Shown: one piece after another, positions 28,364 through 40,269 of the stretch
How positions within the stretch are numbered: the stretch's first letter is position 1
Layout: every line of letters starts with the position of its first letter
Assembly: GCA_035994985.1 (NCBI GenBank)
Contig: DASYKZ010000007.1
Span: 15,601-79,600, forward strand
DNA from: Minisyncoccota bacterium
GTDB taxonomy: Bacteria; Patescibacteriota; Minisyncoccia; Phycocordibacterales; UBA9973
DNA length: 64,000 nucleotides
Reading direction: 5' to 3'
Translations under genes and position numbers: made by a program
The notes under the pieces: generated by a model
Told to the model about the DNA's origin: nothing
Database searches by the model: none
Seen by the model: only the letters and a program-made list of their open reading frames with translations

Positions 28364-29137
28364 ATGCAAATAACAACCGAACTTATAAAACAATTACGAG
28401 ACAGCACGGGCATATCTGTAATGCAGTGCAAGCGTGCCCTTGAGGAAGCTGAAGGCGATATGGACAAAGCCTTGGCTATCTTGAAAAAGACCAGTTCTGA
28501 CATCGCCCTCAAAAAAGGCGACCGGGAAGTCAAAGACGGGGCTGTAGCTATCTTGGCCAATGATACGAAAGCCGTAATGGTTTCTCTCCACTCGGAGACA
28601 GACTTTGTATCCAGGAATGAAGACTTTGTGAACTTACTCCAAAAATTGACTGCTATGGCTTTAGCTTCCGGCACGGAAAAGATGAAAGAACAGGCAAAAG
28701 ACCTGATAGACCCTATAGTCCAGAAAACCGGAGAGAATATCCAGCTCGGCGAGATATATGAAGTATCCGGGGCAGTTTTGGGCACGTACGTGCACAATAA
28801 CAAGTCTGGCGTCATCGTCAGCTTGGAGGGCGGCACGAGCGAGCTCGCGAGAGACATCGCCATGCATATCACAGCCATGAAGCCGGAATATATGAGTGAA
28901 GCCGAAATTGGGGACGACATCAAAAAAACAATGACGGAAATTTTTGAAAAAGAAGTAGCGGACATAGACAAGCCTGAAGACATAAAGAAAAAAATGCTGG
29001 AAGGAAAAATAAGCACATACTTTAAGGAAAAGACTTTGCTACAGCAGCCATTTATAAAAGACGGTGAAATTACCGTGGGCAAACTTCTGGAAAAATCTGG
29101 GGCAAAAATAAAAGAAGTAAAGCGCTCTTCTATATAA
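28364..29137 (+). CDS. tsf: Elongation factor Ts
   Basis: IKQLRDSTG..MQCKRAL, SETDFV, DIAMHI; ATG 28364 follows GGAGGAG. Confidence 0.96.
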   Translation: MQITTELIKQLRDSTGISVMQCKRALEEAEGDMDKALAILKKTSSDIALKKGDREVKDGAVAILANDTKAVMVSLHSETDFVSRNEDFVNLLQKLTAMALASGTEKMKEQAKDLIDPIVQKTGENIQLGEIYEVSGAVLGTYVHNNKSGVIVSLEGGTSELARDIAMHITAMKPEYMSEAEIGDDIKKTMTEIFEKEVADIDKPEDIKKKMLEGKISTYFKEKTLLQQPFIKDGEITVGKLLEKSGAKIKEVKRSSI

Positions 29138-29140
29138 GAT

Positions 29141-29542
29141 ATGATTTATTTTATTCTAACTTTATTTTTTGTATCACTCATAGGCATCGTCCTAATGATT
29201 GGGAGAAAACTGTCTCTCATAAAAGCCGGCCGGATTGAAGCGCAGACAGAGGGTACGTTTGAAATCCCCTATCTCAAAGAAGCTCAGCATCTAACTGTTG
29301 AAAACATAAAAAAATACGAGCATATGACCCTGGTGGCGCTTCTCCGGTTTTATGTCCAGTCGACAAATATCCTAAAAGAAACATATAGAAGGATAAAAAA
29401 TAATATAAGCAATACAATCAAAAAGAGCCATATCAATCCTGACAGAGCCGAGATTTCCAAGTTGCTCAAAATGATTTCAAATTACACTCACAGAGTAAAG
29501 GAAATAAAGCACAAGATAAAAGAGGAGGAAAAAAGTTTGTAA
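29141..29542 (+). CDS. Hypothetical membrane-anchored protein
   Basis: N-terminal TM, 133 aa. Confidence 0.65.
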   Translation: MIYFILTLFFVSLIGIVLMIGRKLSLIKAGRIEAQTEGTFEIPYLKEAQHLTVENIKKYEHMTLVALLRFYVQSTNILKETYRRIKNNISNTIKKSHINPDRAEISKLLKMISNYTHRVKEIKHKIKEEEKSL

Positions 29543-29566
29543 GTGTGTTAGTATAATTTAAGTTAA

Positions 29567-29642
29567 GCCGGAATAGCTCAGTTGGTAGAGCAACACTTTT
29601 GTAAAGTGAAGGTCGTGGGTTCGAATCCCTCTTCCGGCTCCA
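29567..29642 (+). tRNA. tRNA-Thr(TGT)
   Basis: GCCGGAATAGCTCAGTTGGTAGAGC...TTTGTAA...GGTTCGAATCCC...CCGGCTCCA. Confidence 0.96.
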
Positions 29643-29658
29643 GAATAAAACTAAAAAA

Positions 29659-30426
29659 ATGGAAACCCCAGAACCATTAACCCCTAAAATAAATCCAAAT
29701 AAGGTTGAAGCCAATAATCAATATCCTAGTGAAGAAGTATTTAAGGCTTATATAGAAGGCAACTCAAGAATACCTCAAATATTTGCTGGAATAACTATTT
29801 TCACTCTCGCTGCAGTTTTAGAAGAATCAAATGTAGAATGGGAAAAATTTTTTAATTCTAAATTTTCTGATGCACAAATTGAACACTTAAAGACTTTAAT
29901 GAATCGTATGCATCACAAAAAATCAATTTCGGCAGCTACATCCGATCATAAAAAATATGTAGACGGGAAGAACTTTGATAAAAAAATAAAGGTAATCAGT
30001 GAAATAGATATTGGTACACTTTGGGAAAATGTAGTACATAATAATATTGCTTATGCGCTCTCACAATGTTTGCAATCTTTAGATCCAGATTATGCACAAA
30101 CTTTTAAAAATAAAGGTGCTTTTAGAAAAATTGATGAAGCTGATTTTATAAGTTATTTATCGGATATAAAAAATAAGCCAGTTCTAAATGAGGCGAAAAA
30201 AATATTTACAGCAATAAGAGACGCTCTGCGTTCTGAAGCTGCGGATGAATTATTTAAAAATTGGCGAGAAGAGTTTGATTTCAGTAAGCCCGAAAACAAG
30301 GGTAACAGTACAAAAACATGGTACCAAAAAGGTTACCGCACTAAAATTTCTGAAGTTATTGTTTCGTACCTAAGAAGCCAAAGACCCGATATTTCGACAG
30401 ATTTAGTGGAGTCAATCTGGGGATAA
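29659..30426 (+). CDS. Hypothetical protein (AT-rich, next to tRNA-Thr)
   Basis: 255-aa ORF. Confidence 0.65.
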   Translation: METPEPLTPKINPNKVEANNQYPSEEVFKAYIEGNSRIPQIFAGITIFTLAAVLEESNVEWEKFFNSKFSDAQIEHLKTLMNRMHHKKSISAATSDHKKYVDGKNFDKKIKVISEIDIGTLWENVVHNNIAYALSQCLQSLDPDYAQTFKNKGAFRKIDEADFISYLSDIKNKPVLNEAKKIFTAIRDALRSEAADELFKNWREEFDFSKPENKGNSTKTWYQKGYRTKISEVIVSYLRSQRPDISTDLVESIWG

Positions 30427-30467
30427 TCGGAGTTTTTATTTGAAAATTAGATTGTAGGAATTTATTT

Positions 30468-31160
30468 TTAAGAACTCTTTTTAGGAGTAATTGTGGTTTC
30501 AGGCTTTATTTCTTGCAGTTTGAAAGAAGTTTGGACTTTTTCTTCCAGCTCTTCTACGCTGTGGAATCCGGTCAATACCTCGTCTTCGAGGACCACAGCC
30601 GGAAGCTCCGTGTCTTTTATTTTATAGATTTGAAGCATAGCTTTTACCGCCGATAAGTCGGTGCTGTAATCAAAAGAATACACCCGAAGCTCGGGGTATC
30701 TGTCGCGCAGGGTGGAAAGTACGAGGGATTCCCTCTCGCAAACGCTGCAATTCTCCGCAGTGGTATAGAAATACAGAATAAAAGCGGATTTTACCTTGCA
30801 TTGCTGGGAGATTTTTTTAGACAAAAGATAGTCTTTGATTTCCAAGAGCGAGTAATACTTTTTTAAATATGCGAGCTCGTCCGCATTGCCGAGGTTTTCC
30901 TGCCCCCATTCCAGCTTGCCACCGAGTTCATCCAGCTCATTAGAAAATACAGAGTCGGAAATGTTCTTGCAGGAAAGTTCGGAGAGCAATGAAAACTGGG
31001 TTTCGGAAGAAAGTATATCTATGGCGAGCTTGTCTTGGATTGTTTTTATCTGGTCTATTTTTTTATTGCCGAGATAATTGCTTATATAGCTCGCGGTCAG
31101 GAAAAGCGCGATAGTAATCAAGAAAACGATTAAATATTTTTTCCAGTCAATTTGAGTCAT
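30468..31160 (-). CDS. Membrane-anchored protein with a thioredoxin-like C-terminal domain
   Basis: N-terminal TM; ILYFY..NCSVC (CxxC); VYSFD; LPAVV. Confidence 0.65.
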   Translation of the reverse strand: MTQIDWKKYLIVFLITIALFLTASYISNYLGNKKIDQIKTIQDKLAIDILSSETQFSLLSELSCKNISDSVFSNELDELGGKLEWGQENLGNADELAYLKKYYSLLEIKDYLLSKKISQQCKVKSAFILYFYTTAENCSVCERESLVLSTLRDRYPELRVYSFDYSTDLSAVKAMLQIYKIKDTELPAVVLEDEVLTGFHSVEELEEKVQTSFKLQEIKPETTITPKKSS

Positions 31161-31167
31161 ATTTATT

Positions 31168-32421
31168 TTATCTCCACGCCGGGGGGCTCCTTTTTACAAT
31201 AGTAGTATAGACTGCCTTTAAAAGCCAAAATGGGGCAATAACGCTGAACACGGGGAAAAAATACAGCATTGATAAAGAAAAAGACCATTTTCTCTCGGCC
31301 ATTTTTTTGCCGAAAACCATCGCAAAAATAACAAGGGCATATATCAGCACCATCATAAACATAGTGGCTTTTGTATTTATAAAAAACGGGTCAAAGTTGA
31401 GCTTGTGCGGAAGCTGGAACCCCACGGTTCTCCAAACTATAAACTTTGAATATAAAAAATCTCCTGTACTATAGACTATCCTGCCGAAAAGGTAGCTCAC
31501 GGAAAATATAGAAAGAGCTCCTAGCGGCAAAGTAAATATGGAGAAATTACCGTATTTTTTCCTGAACAAAACACCGCGGTAATCTATCGTATTGTTTATA
31601 AAGCCGTAAATCCAGCGCAGTCTTTGTTTATATAATGTCCGGACAGTTTTGGGGGTATTTGTAAAAACATATGCATCATTGCAATGCCTTATTTTGTAAT
31701 GGTTTTTCTGCATCCTGTAGGCTATCTCCATGTCTTCAGTATTGTGTCCATGGCGATACGGGCCTAAGTCGTCAAAAACTTTCTTTCGGAAAATGGTAAG
31801 CGGACCCGGAGTGACATTGATAGCTCCTATGAAATCAAGCATTTTTTTGAAATAGACCCCCATATCGTATTCCGCTTTCTGGGCATTTTGTATTATATTC
31901 TTTGCATTATGCACAGTCACCGAAGGAACCACGGCCATGACATCCGGATTCTTGTCGAAAGAACTCATGATGCGGACGAGCGACTCTGGGTCGGCATATG
32001 AATCCGCATCTAATGCGCCAAAAAATTCTGTGTCCATGTGTTCTAATCCGAAATTGAGTACAGTATATTTCCCGCCATTTTTTTTATGGAAAACTCTGAC
32101 ATTTGGATACAAAGAACTATTGTCAAACTTGCGAAGAATATCTAGGGTACCATCCGTAGAGCCATCATCAATAAGAAAGATTTTTAGCTTATCTTTGGGA
32201 TAGTTTAAATCTAAGAGTGAGCACACGGTCTTGTAGACAGTCTTTTCTTCATTCCAGCAAGGAACCGTAATCGTCACCGATGGGTAATGGTCAAGTTTAA
32301 TTTTACCACTGCGAATAATTATCTTTTTTCTATTCTCCAAAAAGGTAATGAAAAAAAACAACTGCGCGTACACAGACAAAAATATCAATACTTCAAATAT
32401 TATATTAGTAACCGAAACCAT
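31168..32421 (-). CDS. GT2 glycosyltransferase (processive, PgaC/cellulose-synthase-like)
   Basis: DDGSTD, DADS, TED and QRLRW motifs; C-terminal TMs. Confidence 0.92.
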   Translation of the reverse strand: MVSVTNIIFEVLIFLSVYAQLFFFITFLENRKKIIIRSGKIKLDHYPSVTITVPCWNEEKTVYKTVCSLLDLNYPKDKLKIFLIDDGSTDGTLDILRKFDNSSLYPNVRVFHKKNGGKYTVLNFGLEHMDTEFFGALDADSYADPESLVRIMSSFDKNPDVMAVVPSVTVHNAKNIIQNAQKAEYDMGVYFKKMLDFIGAINVTPGPLTIFRKKVFDDLGPYRHGHNTEDMEIAYRMQKNHYKIRHCNDAYVFTNTPKTVRTLYKQRLRWIYGFINNTIDYRGVLFRKKYGNFSIFTLPLGALSIFSVSYLFGRIVYSTGDFLYSKFIVWRTVGFQLPHKLNFDPFFINTKATMFMMVLIYALVIFAMVFGKKMAERKWSFSLSMLYFFPVFSVIAPFWLLKAVYTTIVKRSPPAWR

Positions 32422-32440
32422 GTATAGCTAGTATAGCAAA

Positions 32441-32488
32441 AAAATCCCCTATAAACAAGTTTTATTTTACTTGTTTATAGGGGATTTT
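32441..32488 (-). terminator. Long hairpin terminator
   Basis: AAAATCCCCTATAAACAAGT...ACTTGTTTATAGGGGATTTT inverted repeat. Confidence 0.7.
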
Positions 32489-32507
32489 AAGACCGAAAAT
32501 CTCCAAA

Positions 32508-32795
32508 TTACATCATTGTATCGTCTGTTTTTGCCTCCGTTCCGCAAGTACAGCCTGCCATGCACTTTTTGCACTTACAGCCGATAATTTTCATTACCGC
32601 CCCTACTCCGACAAGGATGTAGACGATTGCCTCAAGAGTTGGCATTCCTCCAAGAATCAAATTAACGACATTTAAATTGCTGCCCATAAGCATGCCGATA
32701 CCTACCAATCCCCAGTTTAACCCTCCGATAAGCAATAAGATTTTACCGAGCTTTGCCGGCAAACACATACCTCCTCCGCATTTTCCATTACACAT
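32508..32795 (-). CDS. DUF378-family membrane protein
   Basis: IGGLNWGLVG...IVYILVG motif; Cys-rich termini. Confidence 0.85.
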   Translation of the reverse strand: MCNGKCGGGMCLPAKLGKILLLIGGLNWGLVGIGMLMGSNLNVVNLILGGMPTLEAIVYILVGVGAVMKIIGCKCKKCMAGCTCGTEAKTDDTMM

Positions 32796-32919
32796 ATATT
32801 TTTATAATTAAATTAATAAAGTGACCTTTTTAATAATGGGTTAATTGTAACATACATTGTAAATATGGTACAATAGCATATTAATAACTGTTTACTAACA
32901 ATTACCAAAAAATAACATT

Positions 32920-33603
32920 ATGAATAAAGACCAAAAACCAATAGTAAGCGCGATAATCATAGCCGGCGTTCTCATAGCCGGAGCTATAATGCTGCGAGGC
33001 AGCAAACCTCCGATGGCCCAAAATATTCCTGCAGGAAATGGCGGCACTGCCGTAACCTTGGCCCCTGTCGGGCCGTCTGACAGAATTTTCGGAAATCCAC
33101 AGGCAAAAGTCGCTGTGGTCATGTATGAAGATTTTCAATGCCCTTTCTGTGAAAAGTTTTTCACAGAGTCAGAAACAAATATCAGGAATACATATGTCCA
33201 AAATGGCGATGTACAGTTGGTATACCGGGATTTTGCTTTCTTGGGGCCAGAATCAAACCGAGCAGCTGAGGCAGCCAGATGCGCCGCCGACCAAGGCAAA
33301 TTCTGGGAATATCACGACTACTTGTTTACCCACCAAAATGGGGAAAACGAGGGAAACTTTGCCGACCAGTATTTGAAATCTTTTGCAAAAAACCTTGGCT
33401 TGAATACTAATGACTTTGACAGCTGTCTTGACGGAGGCAAATATGTACAGGCGGTGACAGACCAGACAAGCGAAGGAAGTGCTGCCGGAGTATCAGGCAC
33501 GCCAAAAGGGTTCATCCTGAAAGACGGCCAAATCACAGATACTATAGACGGAGCAGAGCCGTTTGCGACAGTCAAAGCAAAAATCGACGCTGCGTTGAAA
33601 TAG
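32920..33603 (+). CDS. DsbA-family thioredoxin-fold oxidoreductase
   Basis: DFQCPFC, AAEAARCA..QGKFWEYHD, GVSGTP. Confidence 0.92.
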   Translation: MNKDQKPIVSAIIIAGVLIAGAIMLRGSKPPMAQNIPAGNGGTAVTLAPVGPSDRIFGNPQAKVAVVMYEDFQCPFCEKFFTESETNIRNTYVQNGDVQLVYRDFAFLGPESNRAAEAARCAADQGKFWEYHDYLFTHQNGENEGNFADQYLKSFAKNLGLNTNDFDSCLDGGKYVQAVTDQTSEGSAAGVSGTPKGFILKDGQITDTIDGAEPFATVKAKIDAALK

Positions 33604-33616
33604 AAATAATGTAAAT

Positions 33617-33642
33617 AAAAAACCCGCATTGCGGGTTTTTTA
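33617..33642. terminator. Bidirectional terminator between dsbA and rpoD
   Basis: AAAAAACCCGCATTGCGGGTTTTTT. Confidence 0.8.
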
Positions 33643-33643
33643 T

Positions 33644-34885
33644 TTAGTCAAAATAGTTTTTCAAACGTGAGATCTTTTCATGCTGGCGGAGTTTTTCGTG
33701 GACCTTGGCTTCGATTTGGCGGATACGTTCGCGGGTCACGCCAAATTCTTCCCCTACCCTCTCCAGCGTATGCTGGATGCCGTCCAAGAGTCCATAACGC
33801 ATTTCAAGTATTTTGCGTTCTTTAGGATTTAGCTCGTCCAAGACTTCGCGGATTTGGTCCGAAAGGATTCTCCTCGAAGACTCCTGGTCGGGCCGTAAAA
33901 TTTTATCGTCCGGAATAAAATTTTCCAGCGTCGATTTATCGTCATCGTCCCCTATCGGCTGTTCGAGCGAAATCGTGTCTTGGCTGATTTTTTCAATAAT
34001 ATGAATTTTTTCTACCGGTATATCCATTTCGGTGGCTATCTCTTCAGCGAGCGGTTCACGCCCTAAATCCTGGGAAAGCCTCCTCATGACTTGCTTGTAT
34101 TTTGAAATTGTTTCTACCATGTGCACCGGTATGCGAATAGTGCGGGATTGGTCAGCCAGCGCACGGGTAATGGACTGGCGAATCCACCATGTGGCATACG
34201 TAGAGAATTTATATCCCTTGGTCCAGTCAAATTTCTCTACAGCCTTAAACAGCCCCAGGTTTCCTTCCTGTATCAAATCAAGCAGGTTCAAGTTTGCGCT
34301 TCTGCCTACATATTTCTTGGCGATGGAGACGACAAGGCGCAGGTTTGCCCTCGCGAGCAAATTTTTAGCTTCCATGTCTCCGTGTTCTATGCGCTTGGCA
34401 AGGTCTTTTTCTTCGGCAGCGCGAATGAGCGGGTACTGCCCGATTTCTTTCAAATACATCTGGATAGAATCGTGCATACTGCCTTTATTCAAGTCTTTGT
34501 CTGTGAGGTCGACATCAAGATCGAGCAAATTTCCGCCTTCGAGGACATCAATAGAAGCAAGCGCAAACTTCTCGTATAGTTCGTCTAAAAAGAAAATATT
34601 GTTTTCAATGTCGGGAAAAACCTTTAGTATCTCATCATAGGTTATAAATCCGCGTTTGCGCCCTTTCGCTACTAACTCATCTGAAAGACGGCGCAGCTTT
34701 TGTTCTTTGGTTTCTGCCCGAGCGCCTTTTTTTGCGGTTTTTTTAGCGACTTTTTTCTTGGAAACCTTCTTAATCGCTTTTTTTACTTTCTTTGGTTTAT
34801 TTTTTTTAACAGGTTTTTTTGCTTTCGCTGTTTTCTTTTGAACTTTTACCTTTTTCTTTATTATTTTTTTCTTTTTTGTTTTCAT
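33644..34885 (-). CDS. rpoD: Primary sigma factor with a Lys-rich N-terminal extension
   Basis: [41 protein letters not shown]. Confidence 0.95.
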   Translation of the reverse strand: MKTKKKKIIKKKVKVQKKTAKAKKPVKKNKPKKVKKAIKKVSKKKVAKKTAKKGARAETKEQKLRRLSDELVAKGRKRGFITYDEILKVFPDIENNIFFLDELYEKFALASIDVLEGGNLLDLDVDLTDKDLNKGSMHDSIQMYLKEIGQYPLIRAAEEKDLAKRIEHGDMEAKNLLARANLRLVVSIAKKYVGRSANLNLLDLIQEGNLGLFKAVEKFDWTKGYKFSTYATWWIRQSITRALADQSRTIRIPVHMVETISKYKQVMRRLSQDLGREPLAEEIATEMDIPVEKIHIIEKISQDTISLEQPIGDDDDKSTLENFIPDDKILRPDQESSRRILSDQIREVLDELNPKERKILEMRYGLLDGIQHTLERVGEEFGVTRERIRQIEAKVHEKLRQHEKISRLKNYFD

Positions 34886-34907
34886 AGATTTTTATTTTAT
34901 TTCTTCT

Positions 34908-36668
34908 TTATTTTTTTATGCGACTATTTTTAATATTCTGTATTTTATTGTTAATTTCGTTTATTTCTTTTAAAATTTCTCTACCCTTAGATATATCTTT
35001 TTTTTCTTCGTATATATGTAATTCCTGCATTTTTTTAATCCTTTCTTCATTTAAATATTCTTCTTCTAGATTTAAAATGAGTTCGTCCACGTCTTTTTTT
35101 AAATTCATTTCGCCCCCATAAAAAACTTCAGCTTCAAAAATAAGGTCTTCTTTGTCGGGAGCGCTCTTTTCTATTAAAGCCTGAGGGGTAATCTTTAAAA
35201 TATCTGCCACATTCTTTGTTATTTCTTCTATATTGATAGACGAATCAGAAAGCGTTTTCTGCCAGATGATGATGCCGAGCAGTTTTCTCTCAATATAATC
35301 TTTTCTAAATTTTCTTACCTCGCCTTTTAAAGCCTTCTCTCCTCCTACCTCTAATATGCCGCTTGCTTGGGCTGGTATTTTCTTTAAATCATCTTTCAGG
35401 GCTTGCTCGGAAATTGAAGACATATCTGATATTTTTTTTATAAAATGCATTTGCTCGATAGAGCTGTCTATAGAGCTAACAAATGGCAATATTGTATCTT
35501 TTATCTCTCTCCCCGCTTTTCGGCTGTCCCCTTTAGCATCCGCCAGCACCTTAACAAGCAAGAATTCTATGAGATGCGTAGAGCCTCTAATGGCTTCTTT
35601 CCAGGCGTCTGCTCCGCTTTTGGAAATAAGGTCTGCGGGGTCGAGCTCCGCCTCCATCTTTGCCACTTTTACATCCATGCCGAGAGATAGGGCTATTTTG
35701 CCTGCGCGGAGCGTGGCCCCAAAGCCAGCCTTGTCGCTATCGAAAGCGAGGACTATATTGTCCGAAAGCCGGCGCACAAGCCCCAAATTTGAAACTACAT
35801 TTTCCCTGCTCACAGTCGCATCAGACAGCGCAGTGCCTGAGGTGGCGACGGTATTTCGAAAACCCGCCTGATGCGATAAAATCAAATCCATCTGGCCTTC
35901 GACTAAAATGGAAAAATTATTTTTACGGATTGATTCTTTGGCCTTATCAAGTCCGAAAAATACTAAGTATTTGCTGAAAATCGGAGTGTCCGGACTGTTT
36001 AAATATTTGGCGGATTTTTCATCATCTTGGAATAATCTTCCGGAAAAAGCTATAATGCGTCCGCTCGAATCTCCTATGGGAAACATCACGCGCCCGCGGA
36101 ATCTGTCATAAAAGCCTTTGTCAGTTTTTTTTACAAGTCCCGCACGCTCCATCTCAGCATCGGTAAAACCTTTCTTTTGTAAGTGAGAATATAGTTCCCG
36201 CCAGTCCGGCTTTATGTATCCGACCCTAAAATCTTTAATACTTTTCTCTTCGAGCCCGCGGGTTTTTAAATACCCTAAAACTTCTGCGCTGGCTTTTAAG
36301 TTATTTTCAAAGAATTTAGCCGCTTCTTCCATTGCTTCGTATAATCTTTCTTTTTCACTTTGATTTTCTTTATTCGCAGGGTCAAACTTTTCGAGCGCAA
36401 CTCCCGCCTTGTCTGCCAAAAGCTTGAGCGCGCCTTTGAAATCAAGCCCTTCAAATTCTTCGACGAAAGTGAATATGTCTCCAGAAGCATTGCAGCCAAA
36501 GCAATAATAGCTCCCCCGTCCCGATGAAACGAAAAACGAAGGAGTTTTTTCGTTGTGAAAAGGACACTTGGCTTTCCAGTTTATGCCTGATTTTTCCAGC
36601 TTTATGTAAGAAGAGACTACTTCTTCGATTGAAAGTCTCTCCTTAATTTTATCCACGGGAGAGTTCAT
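34908..36668 (-). CDS. dnaG: DNA primase
   Basis: CPFHNEKTPSF zinc finger; DRFRGR; KYLNSP; EGQMD; FDSDKAG. Confidence 0.96.
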   Translation of the reverse strand: MNSPVDKIKERLSIEEVVSSYIKLEKSGINWKAKCPFHNEKTPSFFVSSGRGSYYCFGCNASGDIFTFVEEFEGLDFKGALKLLADKAGVALEKFDPANKENQSEKERLYEAMEEAAKFFENNLKASAEVLGYLKTRGLEEKSIKDFRVGYIKPDWRELYSHLQKKGFTDAEMERAGLVKKTDKGFYDRFRGRVMFPIGDSSGRIIAFSGRLFQDDEKSAKYLNSPDTPIFSKYLVFFGLDKAKESIRKNNFSILVEGQMDLILSHQAGFRNTVATSGTALSDATVSRENVVSNLGLVRRLSDNIVLAFDSDKAGFGATLRAGKIALSLGMDVKVAKMEAELDPADLISKSGADAWKEAIRGSTHLIEFLLVKVLADAKGDSRKAGREIKDTILPFVSSIDSSIEQMHFIKKISDMSSISEQALKDDLKKIPAQASGILEVGGEKALKGEVRKFRKDYIERKLLGIIIWQKTLSDSSINIEEITKNVADILKITPQALIEKSAPDKEDLIFEAEVFYGGEMNLKKDVDELILNLEEEYLNEERIKKMQELHIYEEKKDISKGREILKEINEINNKIQNIKNSRIKK

Positions 36669-36676
36669 AAGCTTTT

Positions 36677-39600
36677 TTATTTTTTCTTAAACCCAGTTCC
36701 AGCCGGAATTAACCGTCCGATGATGACATTTTCCTTGAGTCCGCGCAGGTTGTCTACTCCGCCTTTAATCGCGTTTTCAATCAAGACCCGGTTTGTATTT
36801 TGGAATGAAGCGGCAGAGAGCCAGCTCTTGGTGCGAAGCGAGACTTCGGTAATACCGAGAACCACGATTTCCGCCTTGGCCTCAGTTCCGCTTGTCTCTG
36901 CCATCCGGGCGTTTTCTTCCATGAACGTAGTATGCTCCACGATATCTCCCGCGGAGAAATTAGTCTCTCCGGCGTCTTTTATCTTTCGGCGTGAGAACAT
37001 CTGGCGGACGATTATTTCGGTGTGCTTTCTTGAAATAGAAGCGTTCTGAAGCTCATACACTTTGTTGATTTCACGAATTATGTATTTTTCCACGAGTTCC
37101 TTGTTTCCAAATTTAAAGATTTGGGCAATATCGGCTGAGCCGTCAGTCAACAGGTCGCCCATCTTGACCTTGTCTCCCGTCTTCACTATCGGCATTCTGC
37201 GGAAGGCTACTATGTATTCCATTTCGTTTTTCTTGCCGTCTTCCTTGCTGTCTGACAAGACTTTTACCAGCTTCTCTTCTCCTTCGCGGGCTGTGATGGA
37301 AATAACTTCTCCGTCAGTCTCCGAGATTACTGCCGGATTCTTTGGAATTCTCCTTTCAAAGATTTCTTCAATACGAGGCAGACCAGTGGTGATGTCTGTA
37401 CCGGCGACTCCTCCGGCGTGGAAAGTACGAAGCGTGAGCTGGGTACCCGGCTCGCCGATGGCCTGCGCCGCGATAATTCCCACAGCTTCGCCGAGTTCTA
37501 CCAAATGGTTCCGGCCTAAATCAAGTCCGTAACACATGACACAAAGGCCATGGACAGTACGGCATGTAAGCGGAGAGCGGACAAAGACTTCTTCAAAACC
37601 TTGCGCCTGTATGGCGTACGCTTCTTCTTTGGTGACCAGGAATCCTTTCTTGTAAACTGTTCCGCCATCTTTATCTTTCAAATCGCCGGCTAAAACACGT
37701 CCGCGGATATTTTTTGAAAGCGGTATTTCAATGCCGGAAATATTTTCCGCGCTGACTATCTTTCCTTCTTTGGTTCCGCAATCTTCTTCGGTAATGACCA
37801 CATCTTGGGCGACGTCCACAAGCCTCCTTGTCAGGTATCCAGCCTTTGCGGTATTAAGAGCGGTATCTGAAGCTCCTTTTCTGGCACCGTGGGTCGTGAT
37901 GAAATATTCGAGCGGAGAAAGCCCTTCCTGATAGCAGGAAATAATCGGGAATTCCAAAGTCTTACCTTGGTTATTTTGGATTAGTCCTTTCATTCCAATC
38001 ATTTGGACCAGAGAAGTCATCGTACCTCTCGCCTTAGAAGTAAATAGGTCGTATGTAGAGCTGTTTACATCAAGAGTGCTTGGTAAAATTTTCTCCAGCT
38101 CTTTTTTAGCGCTTGCCCATATTTCAATAACTTTTTGGTATTTTTCTTCTCCGGATAAGAGACCATCGCTCCACTGGGATATGATTTCTTCTTCCAGAGC
38201 CCTGCTGTTTTCTATAATTTTTGGTTTTTGAGTAGGTACGCTGACATTGTCGATTCCCCAGGTAGTGCCGGAAACTGTCGAATACTTGAAGCCAAAAGCT
38301 TTAATCTTGTCCAAAATTGGAGGAGTATTGTCTACTCCATATTGCATGATAAGCTCGTCCAGCAAGAGAGACAGCCTGCCCTGGGTCATTTCTTCATTCA
38401 CATAGGAAAAGTCGTTTGGCAAAATACTATTAAAGAGGAGCTTGCCGACAGAAGTTTCAAACATTCCTCCGTCAAATTTCTTATACTTTTCCCTGTCAGT
38501 AGCCAGTACCTTTATTTTAGCGCGGAGAGAAACAGCCCCGTATTCGTAAGCCAAAATAGCAGTGTTTGGATTTGGAAAATATTTTCCTTCGCCTTCTTCG
38601 CCTGCGACATCTTTGGTCATCCAGTAGCTTCCAAGGACTATATCCTTGCTAGGGTGCACGATTGGGTCGCCATTTTGTGGCTTGAGCAGGTTTTTATTTG
38701 CCGCCATCAGCTCTTTGGCTTCCGCCTGAGCTTCATCAAGTAAAGGAACGTATACTGCCATCTGGTCTCCGTCGAAGTCAGCGTTGAAAGCCTCGCAGAC
38801 TAGCGGGTGCACTTGGATAGCATTTCCTTCGATAAGAATCGGATTAAAGGCCTGAATACCCAAGCGGTGCAATGTCGGCGCGCGGTTCAAGAGAACGTAC
38901 TTGCCTTCAATGATGTCTTCCAGTATTGCCCAGATGATTCCCTCCCGCTCTTCTATGAGCTTGTTTGCTCCGCGGATATTAAACGCGAGTTCAGCTTCTA
39001 AAATCTTTGAAATTACAAACGGCCGGAACAGCTCGAGCGCCATGTGCTTTGGAAGTCCGCATTGATTAAGCTTGAGCTCAGGACCGACGACGATGACGGA
39101 ACGGCCGGAGTAATCTACGCGCTTACCGAGCAAATTTTGCCGGAAAAGGCCCTGTTTGGACTTCAGGTTGTCTGAAAGAGATTTGAGCGGACGCCTCTGA
39201 GACTGGCTCATGGCCGTAGAGTCGTTTTGCTTGGCGATAGAGTTGTCTATAAGCGCATCTACGGCTTCCTGAATAATTCTTTTTTCGTTTCGGAGAATAA
39301 CGTCCGGCGCGTTTATTTCTTTTAGCTTCTTCAAGCGGTTGTTTCGGTTGATAACCCGGCGGTACAAATCGTTTAGGTCTGATGTCGCATGCCTGCCTCC
39401 GTCAAGCGCCACCATCGGGCGGAGCACCGGCGGAATGACCGGAATAACTGTGAGGAACATCCACTCAGGCCGGATATCGGCATAAGTCATAGCCCGAATC
39501 AAAGAAAGCCTTTTTTGCAGCTTCTCTTTTTCGGCCACAGAAGCCTTGCCGACCATGGCTTCGGTGTGAATTTTTAATTTATTTAAATCGAGATTTTTGA

Positions 39601-40264
39601 AAATAGAGTAGATAGCTTCTGCCCCGATAGACGCCTCAAAACAAGTCCCGTACTTGAGCGAGTAGTGATGGAAAGAAATTTCATTAAGCACCTTGCCTTC
39701 GTAAATTTCAGTTATTTCTTTTTTGGTGACAGAAAATAAATTCTTTAATTTTTCTTTTGTTTCGTCATCACCGGAATTTTTTAATTTAGATTTATATTCT
39801 TTCTCTAGGTTAGTGATGATTTCTTTCTTTTCCTCCTCGTGGACTTTGATGATAATGTAGCCCGCGAAATATATCACTTTTTCAAGGTCGGACACAGAAA
39901 TATTGAGGAGGATGCTCATGCGGGAAGGCACTCCCCGTAAAAACCAGATATGAGATACTGGCGTCGCAAGCTCAATGTGCCCCATGCGCTCCCGGCGCAC
40001 TATAGACCGGGTGACTTCCACTCCGCACTTCTCACAGATAATATCCTTGTAGCGGATCCGGCGGTACTTTCCGCAGTAACATTCGTAGTCTTTTTCCGGC
40101 CCGAATATTTTCTCGTCGAAAAGGCCACCGCGCTCGCTGCGGCCCGTCCGGTAGTTTATCGTCTCCGGCTTGGTGACTTCCCCATAAGACCATTCCTGTA
40201 TCTGCTCCGGAGATGCGAGCCTTAATGCTATTTGATCAAATTCAGTTGTGTTTAATGTTTTCAT
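36677..40264 (-). CDS. rpoC: RNA polymerase beta' subunit
   Basis: [25 protein letters not shown]. Confidence 0.98.
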   Translation of the reverse strand: MKTLNTTEFDQIALRLASPEQIQEWSYGEVTKPETINYRTGRSERGGLFDEKIFGPEKDYECYCGKYRRIRYKDIICEKCGVEVTRSIVRRERMGHIELATPVSHIWFLRGVPSRMSILLNISVSDLEKVIYFAGYIIIKVHEEEKKEIITNLEKEYKSKLKNSGDDETKEKLKNLFSVTKKEITEIYEGKVLNEISFHHYSLKYGTCFEASIGAEAIYSIFKNLDLNKLKIHTEAMVGKASVAEKEKLQKRLSLIRAMTYADIRPEWMFLTVIPVIPPVLRPMVALDGGRHATSDLNDLYRRVINRNNRLKKLKEINAPDVILRNEKRIIQEAVDALIDNSIAKQNDSTAMSQSQRRPLKSLSDNLKSKQGLFRQNLLGKRVDYSGRSVIVVGPELKLNQCGLPKHMALELFRPFVISKILEAELAFNIRGANKLIEEREGIIWAILEDIIEGKYVLLNRAPTLHRLGIQAFNPILIEGNAIQVHPLVCEAFNADFDGDQMAVYVPLLDEAQAEAKELMAANKNLLKPQNGDPIVHPSKDIVLGSYWMTKDVAGEEGEGKYFPNPNTAILAYEYGAVSLRAKIKVLATDREKYKKFDGGMFETSVGKLLFNSILPNDFSYVNEEMTQGRLSLLLDELIMQYGVDNTPPILDKIKAFGFKYSTVSGTTWGIDNVSVPTQKPKIIENSRALEEEIISQWSDGLLSGEEKYQKVIEIWASAKKELEKILPSTLDVNSSTYDLFTSKARGTMTSLVQMIGMKGLIQNNQGKTLEFPIISCYQEGLSPLEYFITTHGARKGASDTALNTAKAGYLTRRLVDVAQDVVITEEDCGTKEGKIVSAENISGIEIPLSKNIRGRVLAGDLKDKDGGTVYKKGFLVTKEEAYAIQAQGFEEVFVRSPLTCRTVHGLCVMCYGLDLGRNHLVELGEAVGIIAAQAIGEPGTQLTLRTFHAGGVAGTDITTGLPRIEEIFERRIPKNPAVISETDGEVISITAREGEEKLVKVLSDSKEDGKKNEMEYIVAFRRMPIVKTGDKVKMGDLLTDGSADIAQIFKFGNKELVEKYIIREINKVYELQNASISRKHTEIIVRQMFSRRKIKDAGETNFSAGDIVEHTTFMEENARMAETSGTEAKAEIVVLGITEVSLRTKSWLSAASFQNTNRVLIENAIKGGVDNLRGLKENVIIGRLIPAGTGFKKK

Positions 40265-40269
40265 ATTAT